A DNA stretch of 64,000 nt, taken from assembly GCF_009914755.1 (NCBI RefSeq), contig NC_060935.1; one strand, 5' to 3'. Of this stretch, positions 1-12,680 are shown piece after piece; the stretch's first letter is position 1; every line of letters begins with the position of its first letter. The position numbers and the translations under genes are program-made. Origin of the DNA: the human T2T-CHM13v2.0 reference genome, Homo sapiens. A model generated the notes under the pieces. That model had not been told where the DNA came from and did no database searches. It saw only the letters and a program-made list of their open reading frames with translations.

Positions 1-687
1 TCCAGCCTCATGGCAGCATCTAGGGCTGTATGTCTGCGACTCCCGAAGCACGAGTGGGCATGTGTTACAAAGCTCTTTCAGATATGCCATCTGCAGATGG
101 CTTGTGTGTTAATCAGCTCAATTGACCCTCTGCCTTATCTCAAGGGCAGAGGGTCAGTGTGACAGCCTTCTGTATCCTGAGCTTTTGCCCAGTATCCTGA
201 AAGAATCAGATCACACGCTGGCTTAAAGGATGAGTGCAAATTTGTATTGAGGGGTGGAGGTGGCTGTCAGCGAGGTGGATGGGGAGTTGGAAGGAGTGAT
301 GCGGGGATAAGGTCGTCTCCCCCTGGAGTCGGGTCTCCCAGCAGCCGGACTCTTCTCCAACTGCCCCCGGCTGAATTCCCCTCAGTGTCTAAACGTCCCT
401 CCTCTTCTCTCTTTCTCTGCCGCTTTTTTCCACCATTGCTGGTCTGTTGGTCTGCTGGTCTCGATGTTCAGCTGCTTGTGTGTTTGTCTGCTAAGGTCTG
501 GGGTTTATATGGGCACAAGGTGGAGGGCGTGGTGGGCCAGAGATGTCTGGGAAAAATGCAACATTCGGGCACGAAAACAGGAGTGCTTGTTCTCACTTAG
601 GTCCATGCGCACAGGGCCTGAGGTTGGAGCCCTGGCCAGGAACCCAACTCTCCTCTACCCAGCACTTCCCTGCCCCCTCCTGTATCA
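1..687 (-). mobile_element. ERV1-class LTR (MER52/LTR1/LTR27/LTR28 group), runs off the left edge
   Basis: Minus strand begins TGATACAGGAGGGGGCAGGGAAGTGCTGGGTAGAG at 687, the typical start of this LTR group. GC-rich, with a TATA-like ATATAAA on the minus strand near 505. Confidence 0.75.
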
Positions 688-889
688 ATAGTATGTCAAA
701 AAGGAATAACACCTAATGACATTTATTTATTTATTTTTTCACCAATAGATCATCAGGTGCTGTGATAATTTATGTCCCTAAATAAATTTCTGATTATTTT
801 AATGTAAAGATATAAAGCATGTAGATCTAAATATGTGACTCTTTCCTTTGCTATTCTTTATACATAGGAAGAGTATTGCCATTGTGATT

Positions 890-1480
890 GCCACTGGAGC
901 TGCTTACCAAATATATCTGGCTCTTCATATTCCAATCATATAATGAATTCAAAGTCTTTGGGGGTTAGGTTGCTTTTGGCCATATGAGATTAAGTGATAA
1001 ACGCCATTTCTAGTTCTAAAGCTTTAAAAAAAAATAGACCCCATTTCACTCACTCCATCCCTTTCTACTTTTGTATGATTATTGGCAGTCAGGTTGAGAT
1101 AAAGTGTTTTTTAGCCTGGGCTGCTGGGTAACTCCAATGAGCAGACATCCCTTTTAAGTTGGGATAGCTTACATTTTGCTGTAGTAATTAAAACCTTCCA
1201 GATGAGACCATCCATGGCTTAATCCAATAAAGGATTATTTCTCACTCATGCAAAATACTCATGGGCTCTCTAAGGACTCTGCTCCATGTTTTAATTATTC
1301 TCCATCTGCTTGGACAAAGAGATAACACCAAATATCTATGAAAAGCCCTAATGCCAGTCACAGCCTCAGGCCCATCTCCTTGTATTAGACATATAGCATA
1401 AGAAGAAATAATCTTCTATAGTGTTAATCCAGGGAGGTGTTGGGGTTGTTTGTTAGTGCAGCAAAATCTAGCTTAGTGGG
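890..1480. mobile_element. Old MaLR (MLT1-type) LTR fragments in both orientations
   Basis: MLT1-like 3' end (agaaataatcttctatagtgttaa...gttgtttgttagtgcagca) at about 1400-1475, and a reverse-oriented MLT1-like piece at about 1160-1260. Confidence 0.45.
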
Positions 1481-1536
1481 ATCCAAACATTCATCAATAA
1501 ATAATTGGTTAAGAAATCACGGTTCACATTAAGTGG

Positions 1537-1673
1537 CAGTTACCAATCCTAGGTACACATTTGAATTACCTAAAATGTTTGTAAGAATACCAGTGCTGGG
1601 TGCACCACTCACCAAAATCATCAGAAACTTACAGGCGGCCTAATCAGGGTCTAGGCCTTGGTGAGAACCACTG
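1537..1673. mobile_element. MER5-type hAT-Charlie DNA transposon remnant
   Basis: Ends in tgagaaccactg, the MER5 terminal inverted repeat; the opposite end is a degenerate cagt. Confidence 0.6.
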
Positions 1674-2099
1674 AAATATGCTATTGAATATTTGGCATAC
1701 GACACAAAACTGTAAGCAATGGTTTACAGTCACACCTATTATCCTTAAAAATCTATTTCAAATGTAAAAGCAAGTTCCAAAATGCTTTGATATTTACTCT
1801 ACAGCTATGTACCTATATTTACTTAAACATGCAGAAAAGTTAAAAATACTACACTACAAAATGTTACACATGTTTACTTCTGAGAAGTGGGTAGGACTTT
1901 CCATGACTTATTAAGAGTAAAGAAAAAGATTGTATATTACACTAAGTTTTACTTTTTTCTAAGATTTTGCTGCTTATTTTCTGTTTCCATAATCATAACC
2001 TTGTATATACAAGTAAACATTTTATGTTAAATTTAAATTTAAAGGACAAAATGTCACCTTAAAATAGAAAAACATGTCATATTGCTGTACAAACAAACA

Positions 2100-2860
2100 A
2101 ACAAAAAGTAATGCTTAAAAGATGTTGACTTTCATCAGAGTAATTAAGAAATGAAAACATCAATATTCCTAGATTTTTCTGGGGATAAGCTGGGGAGCAT
2201 TTAATTATTTTAAATTTTGTCTAGAAGTATTGAACAAGGATGTTTAAAGTAAATTTGAGAAAGGAAGATGACAAGAGGGAATGTATTCATCCTAAGTTAA
2301 TAAAACTTTATACGTTTAGAATATTGAAAAGTTAGGCTCAGCTGCAGGAATAAAAAGATCATCAAAAAGAATATACCAGGAATGTCTGTAACAGACTCAA
2401 AAGTATATAGGAATATGGAATGTGGCAAAAGTGGCATAAGAAACTTAGTTTTTACTCTATACCATAAACCAAAATAAAATTCATGAATATTCAACATAAA
2501 TGTGAAGTAAAACATATACAATATAATAAATAACAAATAGAAATAGTGCTCTCATTTGGAAAAAGAAAAAGGCTTTCTAAAAATGGAATCACAGAGAGAA
2601 TCACAGAGAGAAGTAGACAGTTTACAAACTTATATAAATACAAATCCAAAATATCTGTCATTCTATATCAGAAATAATAAAGACTACCAGAACCCTGGGA
2701 AATTTAACACATTTAAGGAAAGCTTTATAATTTCAATGCATAAAAACTCCAGATAAATTTATTAGAAAAGTTTAATGGATCAAAAAATAAATCAAAAAGA
2801 AAGAAAAGGCAAATAGTTGAATAGACAACTGACCAAAAAAAGGCAAGTTAATTTTTTTAG
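2100..2860 (+). mobile_element. Ancient L1M(E) fragment
   Basis: A-rich decayed ORF2/3' region-like sequence (ggcaaatagttgaatagacaactgacc). Confidence 0.4.
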
Positions 2861-4099
2861 TATACGTAATGCATTACTTTGTATGGTTTAGGTTCCAAAT
2901 ATAGCAATAAACTAATGAACATAAAAGAATCTATGTGTTTCAAGAGTATGAAATTCTAGTAGTAGGAAATAAAATAAATAACCAAGTCCATTATGGGATA
3001 AATGTAATGCTGAATAATAAAGTGGAGTAAGAGAATTAGGCCATATGGTTTGCAGTTTCAGAGCTGCTCGTTAACATGGGATGCTCAGAGAAATATATGT
3101 GAATGAAATAAGGCCATGAATCATGTGGACAAAGCATTTTCCAGACAGAAGACAAAAACACAACATTAAATGTGTTTAGTAAGTTTCAGGGACAATAAGA
3201 GGATGCCCGTGTGATGGAGCTGAGTTTAGGGAAACAGCAAATGGTAAAAGTTTTGGAGAGTTGAGAAGAGAGAAGCTGTGAAAGAGTCATCCAGGACAGA
3301 AAAAGCATGAGTGAACTTGGAACTATAGTGAGATTGCCAGGCTATACTAAAGAATGGCAGTACTTAGCGGTCACACTTCAAAAGTGAGACGGTATTTTCT
3401 TTTTTCACCTATGTTCACCTGGAGACCTAGAGAAGGTAGGGTTCAATTAAATGAGCTTTGAGGTTTTCTAAGCCAGAAAAATAGCAAGAAAAAAAACAAA
3501 AGATGAGCGAAGTACTTGAGATTGGAGAGGTACTGGACTTGCAAATGACCAATAAATAAGAGGAAGTATTGGATACAAGTAAAAATCATAATATAAATTA
3601 CCAAAATATTGATATCAACTTTTCACTGAGTCATCTGGGATATCATCATATTTGAAAATATTAGCAAAAGATTTACAGAGTAGAAGAAAGGAACACTTTC
3701 ATAAACTACAACTGGTTTGATCTTATTATATAACATTTTATAATCTATATCTAAATTTTTAAAATGTTACTCAGTTATTTCACTGCATTTAGTGTATTGT
3801 TATTTTACCAAAGGAATGTTTATTTTAATATTCCATGTATGTGGAAAAATATTAAAATACAACAATAATAATTTTCAAATGGGGTACCCTAAATGTCCAA
3901 AAATAGGTGATTGAATACATGACTTCGTATGAATTTATCCCTAGTTGATGACTTAGAAATAAGTTCATATTTGTGTGTGTGAGTGTATGAAAAAAATATA
4001 TACACATACAGCTTATGCTCATAGATAAAAACACACAAGGGTTTTAAATATTTATTGATGAAATGAAAATAGAGCATAATAATATGATTATATTTTTGC

Positions 4100-4290
4100 A
4101 ATTATTTCTATGTATGTTATTCATACATATATGTGTATGTTATATTTATATATTTTTGTGTATATATGTGCATGAAGCTACATGTATGGTTATATAAACA
4201 TTTTATATGTAAATTTGTTTCCATATACATGTATATAAATCCATACATAAATTACATATACATAAATACACAAATTTACATATATATATT
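4100..4290. repeat. Degenerate (TA)n/(TATG)n low-complexity tract
   Basis: Directly visible. Confidence 0.7.
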
Positions 4291-4296
4291 TGACAC

Positions 4297-5511
4297 TATT
4301 AAGAATATTTATCATGATTCAAGAATGGTAAAGGGGAGGGTCTACTGCAATGGAGTTTTTTAGTAGGAGAGAGAGAGAGATGAGGCTCAATTCTGAATAC
4401 AGCAAGGAAAATTAGCAGTTACAGCCAAAGAGTAGGGTGAGGGTCAATGGATTGAAAATTACTAACAGGAAAATTCAGGGACAAGACGAGATTCTGGGCT
4501 AAAATGACCTAACAAGACTCTTGCTGAAAGCAGGCCAGAGTGATCAAACATCACCAAGGGAATGGTGGAACATGAGGAACCTGATCATATATCAAGGGTG
4601 ATTGTATATTGAGGGTATGGGATTCTGGCTAACCTGACTTAGCATGATTCTTATTAAAATTTGATAAATAAAACCACCTTTGCAAAAATTATAACAGAAA
4701 ATTACGATAGTGAAGTGATCTGACCTAACTGATTCCATCTTTCTTCTAACCTCCAAGCTGTCCTAGTTCATTCCTGGGCATAGGCTGAACTAACTGTGGA
4801 AGGACCTTACTTTAATAGGTTAACTTTGAAACCAAGATGGTAACAGCCCTTTCCCAAAACAGAACCCCTTCCTACACGGGGACTAGACTGTCTTTGCAGG
4901 ACTAACAAGTTAACTATAAGATTAGAAATTATGATTTAGGAGTCATGCAGCTGGAGGCTAAAAGATTCTGAACCTCCCTAAATTGCTCCTAGGGATAACA
5001 TCACTATTGCAAAACCTAAGATCAGTGCTTGAGATATTTTGCAGACCCTGTCCTCAATGGATTACCTGACACCACCCAGAATGATAAAGCTATCCTCTTG
5101 CACTGAGTCAGTTCCTGGGTGAGTAAAACTGGCCCCCACCCAGGAGCTTACTTAGCTCAAGAGGACAGCTTCCACTCTCTGTGATTTTATCTCTGGCCCA
5201 AACAATCAGGACTCCCCACTTTCTGACCCCCCTACCCAGCAATTACCCTTAAAAACCCCAGTCCTTGAGTTTTCAGGGAGACTGATTTCAGTAAAAGTAA
5301 AATTCCAATCTCCTGTACAGCCAATTCTGTGTGAATCAAACTCTCTCTATTGCAATTTCTCTGTCTTGACAAGTTGGCTCTGTCTGGGCAGCAGGCAAGG
5401 AGTAGCCATTGGGCGGTTACATAAACAGAGATGAACACAGAAACCTCAAAGTCAGAGCCTAAAGTTCAGAAAAGCCTGACTAAAGTTTGGTTAATGAGAG
5501 ACTCTTTGTCA
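4297..5511 (-). mobile_element. MER31-like ERV1 LTR, split by an LTR8 insertion
   Basis: Minus strand from 5511 reads TGACAAAGAGTCTCTCATTAACCAAACTTTAGTCAGGC (MER31 start). The remainder lies at about 4297-4668. Confidence 0.7.
4669..5421 (+). mobile_element. LTR8/LTR8A solo LTR (ERV1)
   Basis: Starts taaaaccacctttgcaaaaattataac and ends ccattgggcggttaca. 4-bp TSD TAAA at 4665-4668 and 5422-5425. Confidence 0.88.
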
Positions 5512-5684
5512 ATACCTATATTACCAGGGTGATCCAAAAGTTTCAATGCAAATAATGTGCTGCTTTGATGGTTTTAGAAGGCTTAAATTCTCTGGCTGGA
5601 GTTTTATGATTGGTAAAATGAAAGTGAAAAATATCTTATAGATTTGTGGAAATGATTAAATAGATACGTTACTTAAAGAAAGCT

Positions 5685-5830
5685 CCTGTCATCCTGGCTC
5701 AGCCAGTTACTAATAGTGTGACTTCAGTCAGTCTTTGAGAATCAGTCATCACTGTAAAATCCAGACTTATCATCTATTCTGTGAAACTGTTAATAGGAAT
5801 GAGATAAAATATATCATCTGTTATAGTGTT
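5685..5830 (+). mobile_element. MIR SINE fragment
   Basis: atcctggctcagccagttactaatagtgtgact...ctgtaaaat MIR core. Confidence 0.6.
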
Positions 5831-6167
5831 ATGGAGTAATTCTTAAGTAGTGATTTTCTAATCAGCTTTATCAATTTCCAATATTAGGTAGTTTCTTTTG
5901 AATTTCATGATGGTTTTCTGAAGTTTCAAAGTGTAATGCATATAATATACACCCATTCCTTATCTCACTCTTTTACCTTTTTCTTTTACTTAGACTCCAA
6001 TTTCCAATTTGCTAATAATGGCATACATTCTTGGATCCCTATTTTTCTTAGTATATAAACTGTAACTAGGTGAATAATTTGATTGACCACAAAGTCTAAG
6101 AAGGAATTTTGTTTCAAAAAAGCATACTGAGCAAAAGTGCAGGACTTCCAAATGGACTATGTGAATG

Positions 6168-6328
6168 TTTTTTCTTTCTCTCCTTCTCTCTTGTCTTTCT
6201 CTCTCTCCCTCCCTCCATCCCACCTTCTCTCCTTCTCAACTTTCCTCTCTCCCTGTCTTGTCTTTTCCTTCCTTCCTTCCTTTTCTTTCCTTCCTTCCTC
6301 CATCCCTCCCTTCCTTTCTTTCTTTTTC
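6168..6328. repeat. CT-rich polypyrimidine tract, (CCTT)n-like
   Basis: Directly visible. Confidence 0.85.
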
Positions 6329-7735
6329 ATAAATTAACATAAGTGAATATGAAGAAGCATAGACCTCCTAGACCCTTCAAATACCCAAAACAACAGGGCA
6401 TGGCCAATTGTAGCAGCAGAAAATCTATTGCCATGTATGGCAGGAGGAAGTATTAACATTGAGAAAAGGAAAAGTTAAAAAAGAAAAGTCATTTAAGTAG
6501 AGAACACAGAGAATTTTAATTTTATTTGTTTATTTGTTTGTATTTTTAGGTTTTTTTAATGTGTGAGATTGGAAGAAATCTTGTGAGTAATCATGAATTT
6601 TAGGAATCCCAGAAGGGAGCAAAGAAGATTCTGAAAAAAAGAGAAATACTTCTCTGAGTTGGAAATTGGTTAAATTTAGTGATGTTTGAGCCTCAGCTTA
6701 CATTGGAAATCACTAACTACTTTTAAATTACTTTTGGTTTTGGACCCTGTTTCTTGCTCTGGGACTACACAAAAGGACTGAGCCAAGACAGGAGCAGGAA
6801 TTTGGCTTGCCATTTATTTAATTTATATTTTATTGTCTGCTAAAAATTGAATGCGTAAGTTCTAGTACCTTGCCGACTCATTCTAACAAGGCTGCTATAT
6901 TACTGCAATTAGAATATAAATAACCAATTTTATATGAGTCATCATTCTTGAAGTAAAATCTCAAACTCAAAAATTATTGAAGAGGCAATTTCTAGGTAAA
7001 AATTGGAATAATGTTTAAAATGTATATTTTGCAACTAGATGGTAAATGTGAAAAATAAAAATTAAGCAAGTTAATTTAATTAAGGAATTTTTTAGTTTTT
7101 TTATTTTTTAAGAAAAAAATTAAATGATCATGAGAAGTTGTAAAGAGATGAACTCTTTCATGCAAACACACAGTTTCTTAACAAGTCATGTTCTTTTTGG
7201 ATGGCATGAGGAAAAAAATAACAAATTTACTCAGATTAGTTCAAGTCCACTCTACCCTTTTGCAAAGACTAACTCCACTAGAAAATTGGATATTACAATA
7301 GAAATTGTGATTACAGAATTTTGGAAATGTGAATCAGTACATCGCATTTTTTCTTATACCATGGGTCAAATAGGAAATAATAATTTTTATACAGTCCATT
7401 AGAGTATATGGGCAAAGTGGCTTCAGCCTGAGGCAACAAGGCTGCCTATAGCTAAGAGCTACCTCAGAGTTGCTCAGCTCTTTCTGAGGGCTGAAGGGAG
7501 CAATGTTTTGGCATATACTAATCCCTTCACAATAATGGTTCAGAAAGTTTTCTTAGGGTAGGTCCTAGAGGTATTTGAAGAAAATAACATGCCCAAGTTG
7601 AGGAAAATAAGATTTTGAATTATGTTAAATTTTGCTACTAGCATCATTCATCATTAAAAATTTATAGCATGGTATCTAAAGAGACACCTACAAAAATCAT
7701 CCATGGACTCAAAGTCATAATGATATAATGATTTC

Positions 7736-8097
7736 TGATATAGTTTGGCTGTGTCCTCACCCAAATCTCTGCTTGAATTGTAGTTCCTATAATTCCCACA
7801 CATCATGGGAGGGACCCAGGGGGAGGTAATTGAATCATGGGAGTGGTTACCCCCATGCTGTTCTTGTGACAGTGAGTTCTCATGAGATCTGATGGTTTTA
7901 TAAGGGGCTTCTCCCCCTTTGTTCGACACTCATTCTCTCTCTCCTGCCACCCTGTGAAGAGATGCCTTCTGCCATGATTATAAGTTTCCTGAGGCCCCTC
8001 CACCCATGTGGAGCTGTGAGTCAATTAAACCTCTTTTCTTTATAAGCTACCCAGTCTCAGGTATGTCCTTATATCAGTGTGAGAACGGACTAATATA
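7736..8097 (+). mobile_element. THE1C solo LTR (MaLR)
   Basis: tgatatagtttggctgtgtcc...ggactaatata, 362 bp. 5-bp TSD ATTTC at 7731-7735 and 8098-8102. Confidence 0.92.
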
Positions 8098-9316
8098 ATT
8101 TCCATTTTTATGAGGACTTTTTTCCTTGTCTCCCATTTATGTTTTTACTTTGTAGTTGTTCAGGAAAAGAAAAGAAAAGTTGTTTTTCTGTCCAGTTCAG
8201 ATCAAGAAAATTTTATGGCAATATTTTTAGAGGGTGAGAAAGAGGAAAGCTTGATGAATGAGAAACAGGTTAAGTCCATGCAGAACTTCTGTAGCAAGAT
8301 TTGCTATACAATCATGTATTTTTTTAAAGAGAAGGATAACATTGGAGGGAAATGTGAATTACAGTTATTTGTGAACTTATCTGAATAAAGACAGAATATC
8401 AGGCAATGAAGATTATGAATGATTAATTTCACATCTACATCATTGGGCCAGGTTTCAGAGCAAGATAGAAGAGGAGTACATCTCAAATGCTTTTGAAGTT
8501 ACATTTCCAAAGTGAGGTCCCAGCTGGAAGTATAAATGGTTCTCCAATTTTGCAGATGGAATTTTATCCAATATTCAGATGTATAATCTGCTTCAAGTAT
8601 GTACACAGGGGAAGTAATAAGAGTACTGTGAATTCTCAACTGACCATTTTCTGACACATTAAAGAAATAGCAAAGGTAGGGCAAATTCGATAATCTACCT
8701 GAACTTCCCAGAAATTGGGGAATGTAAGATAATCTCATGGAAGTGATCACTAATTAAAAAATGACTGTTCTAGGATACCATCTTGTTTTATTTTTTCAGT
8801 TGCTTTATTCAATGGCTGTCAAGTGAGAAGGGATTAAACTCTCACTGACATGTCTCCTTTCTCCCTTTCCCAAGTTTACAAGAGCGTTATCTGATAGATA
8901 CAGCAAACCTGAGCTTGATAATACTCCAAGAAATGCTTAAAGGAAATTAGCCTTATCCCAGTAGTACAAAGAAATAAACAGGAGAGGATTTGCCATGCAG
9001 TATAGAAACCCATGAGTCAGATGAGTAGAAAAAATTCCTTCTCACGAGGTTGTGTGCACAACTATCCATGAGGAACACAGGAAGACCAGGAAGTAGAGGG
9101 TCATCCTGGAGAAGCCAGGCAGTATCCTTAGGCAGGGGTGGGAATAGTTGTAGACAATCCTATTAGGGACATAGCACAGCTGCAGCACGTCATAGGGGGA
9201 TAAAGAAAGAGGAAAGTCAGGCAGGTTACACTAGATGCATTTTGTTGTGAGAGAATCTCTGGAGCAACCATGGACTATGGCAGACCAGGGATTGAGAAAT
9301 AAGATTTTAAGAATTG

Positions 9317-9579
<263 letters not shown>

Positions 9580-9603
9580 AGAATTGTTGCTCTGGTTTAC
9601 TAT

Positions 9604-10092
9604 TGTAGAGGAGAAAGGTAATATCTTTTTCCTCATCCATCACGAAGTTTATGGCTGCAACCTCTATGTCAAACGACAAATTAATAAGAAAACAACACAC
9701 AAATTGTTTTAATATATATTTTACATAATACGGGATCCTTCAGAAAGAAAGACCCAAAGAAACATAGAAAAATGAGTATTTTTATGGACATTCATGATTG
9801 GAAGACAAAAGGGTAGGATCTAATGATAATAAATGGGTGGGAATTTAGCAAGGTCTTTTGGTCAGATTCTTATTGATGTCTCTGTGTCTTCACAGATGAG
9901 GACACTCCTTTCCTCTGGGCATAGGGAGGAATGCTCTGGAATGAGTTTTATGAGCAACTTCCAGGGGAAGGTCAGCTAGGACTTATGACACACTTCAGGG
10001 AAGAAGGGGTCTCAGAGAGATCTTCCTGCCTCTGCTATTTTCTCAGATGCCAAGGTGGTGTATTTTGGCAGCACTTGTCTTGAACCTCATTA
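9604..10092 (-). mobile_element. MER89/MER92-like ERV1 solo LTR
   Basis: Minus strand starts taatgaggttcaagac...ccaaaatacaccaccttggcatctgagaaaatagcagaggcaggaag and ends ...ctaca. Confidence 0.7.
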
Positions 10093-11469
10093 CTTGAACC
10101 TCTTTAAAGGCTCTTAAAGATCTAAATAATAAGTGCCTTATTATTATTTTTGTTTACTGTAATGTGTATTTTTTAAATGATTCCATGAGGGACCAGGTCC
10201 AGTGCAGTTCTAGTGTTTTCAAGTTATACAAACACCCCTTCTAAAGATATTCAAATACTGACCATTACTCAGTCAGCAAGGAAGGGCCATTCAGAGGTTT
10301 GATAAAAATTTCTTCTAAACAAAACCACAACCAGAAATGTTATCTAGGTAATCTCCAAACCAAATCAAATTAAATTAATGTTAGTGCTCAATAATTGTTA
10401 AACTTAGAAAACAAGATATATGCCTTTATAAATCCTTACATTAGATATGGTCTATTCCTATACTTCAATGTGTATATGTAAAAACTCAGATATAAAGAAG
10501 TAAATTATTTTTACATATTTAATGGTCAATGTCTTGACATAGTCATAAATCAGAGTCTTTATGGAAGTCTTTTTACTTTTAGCAAAATTTTTAAATAAAA
10601 CTTCTCTACTTCTCTCCTATAGCTATTTTTCCTGTTAGCCTTTCATTTTTCTAGAAAGCTAAACATTCTGATTCTTCTTTCTAGGATTAATGAACCTTCA
10701 AAAAGTTTGTTTGTACTGTTTGCATTTCAATTTATCAACAAAACTTTAAGCAAGTTTAAAACATAATCAAATATGTCCTTTCATTTTCAGCACTTATCTC
10801 TGAAGTCTCACTTTTTAAATATGTTACAATGAATTGTGATCCTGTTTTATGTATCTGACTGACAGCACTGGGAATTAAGTTCCTCGGCCAATGAAATAAT
10901 AAACCCAATGCCACGATAAAACCTACGGTAGAGACTGATAAGGACTCCAGATCCAGGCTGCTAATACTCTTCAAAGTCATTCAGCTGTGGCTACTACATG
11001 ATGTCTGAGTGTTTCCACAAGGTATAAATCATATGGTAGCATATCGAAGTTATCCAGTTTAGCCATAATTAAAATTTCTTCTTGCTGGCAGTAGAGGAAT
11101 TCCCAAGAGCAAGGTATGCGTATACCCCTAGATAACTTTTAATCTTATTGGGCAATATTTTAGACAGACAAATAGAATATGTTTTAAAAAGTTCTAAAAG
11201 TTAATGTTCTGATTAAATTTAGAGTAAATCAAGATAGACTTCATGATGAAATCACCATCTGCTTTGTAAATTGCTGTGTAACCTGGTTCATATGCAACTC
11301 TCTAGACTCTTCCATATTTCCACTCTGTGTTTGACATTTCAAAAATGCTAGACTCCATGTTGCTCCAAGAACTCAGTATACTATTTTACACCTTCTTGGC
11401 CCTGCTCTTCCTATTCCCTCACCTGGACAGTTCTAGAACTTGTAGAGGTTTAAAATAATCACTCATGTT

Positions 11470-11915
11470 TAGTTTTATTTTCTTCTGGACACAGAGGAAG
11501 ATTTGATGTTGCTACATTCTAATATGGTGGGATGGGGCCATGCAACTAGTTCTGGTCAATGGGTCATGGTTCAATTCTGGACATTTAAGTGACAAGAGGG
11601 GGTTATACATCTCTGCGTAACATGTTTAGTTCTATTCAATGCATTATGAACAGAAATGACATAATTGAGTAGCGATGAAATGGCATTTTTAATTGACAAC
11701 CCCATACATCCAGCTTTCTTGAGAATGTGTATGTTAAAATGGAGGTTCAACAAGATCAATGAAGCCTGGAATCTGAACAACCACATGATATACCACTGCT
11801 GTGGAGAATTTACCAGACCCATGGCAGATGTTGTGTAAGCAAGAAATAAACATCTTTTTATGCCATTAAGATGCGGGAGTAGTTTTTTTGTTGCAGAATA
11901 GTAAATCCTTTCCTT
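11470..11915 (+). mobile_element. MLT1J/K-like MaLR LTR
   Basis: ggggccatgcaactagttctggtcaatg and tgtaagcaagaaataaac...tttgttgcagaata motifs. Confidence 0.6.
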
Positions 11916-12499
11916 TGTTTTATGCACCTCAAAAGGTTTCAAAAATTATCTCTGTCGTTCCCCGTCAGAGGCAGAGTTAGGAACCTGTCCTATGATCTCT
12001 TTAGAATGCATTCCTCCTTTTAAATGCTAACATTTGTACTTTTGGCCTGGGGATATACGGCAACATCTTTTCATTCTACAAGATCTATCTGTGGACCTAT
12101 CCCAGCTCAATGATTGGAACAAATTATCCACACCAAACTTAATCAATGTAACATATCCCCAGTGATTAATTCAAATCTGGGTACCTGACTAAATAATTCT
12201 AAACACATGAATCTGAAGACTCTAATTATTCTGAGATTAAAATACTTTCATTTTATTGAATGATTTGAAGCTGAAAGGAAATAGCTCTAGAAATACCGGA
12301 AGCCAATCCATTTTAAAATCAGAGGCAACATAGGTAACCTCAAACCACATTACAAAGAGAATTATATGCCCTAGTATATCACATGACCTTCTCACACAAC
12401 ATGCCTAAAACTAAACTCACTCTTAAAATTTTCTGTAATTAATAAATTTCCCTTAGGTCAATTTAGGCTTAGTTTTCCTACCATTTTTCTGCTATTACA

Positions 12500-12680
12500 G
12501 GATTTAAGATGTCATTTATTATATATTTGGATACGTGTATCACTCTCTGAACTGCATTTCTTGAAGCCAGAGTCTCTGTCTCTTTGTTTTGTATAGCTTT
12601 GTTTCTTTGAGTACTGATTTTGTAGCTAATTCCTGGCTTGCAGTCAATGTTAAATTAATGCTTATCTAATTTAACTGAAC
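12500..12680 (+). mobile_element. L2 3'-end fragment
   Basis: actgcatttcttgaagccagagtctctgtct...cctggc...aatgcttatctaat. Confidence 0.45.

Noticed and set aside
247-691. 117-aa and 75-aa ORFs
   Set aside because: They lie antisense within a GC-rich LTR and show no recognisable protein features.
2584-2610. 12-bp tandem duplication gaatcacagaga (similar small duplications at about 18230 and 53493)
   Set aside because: Ordinary slippage events.
6109-6342. Phe/Leu/Ser/Pro-rich ORFs
   Set aside because: They are translations of a CT-rich simple repeat.
8840-9290. Purine-rich segment that may be an ancient LTR
   Set aside because: I could not identify termini or a family with any confidence.
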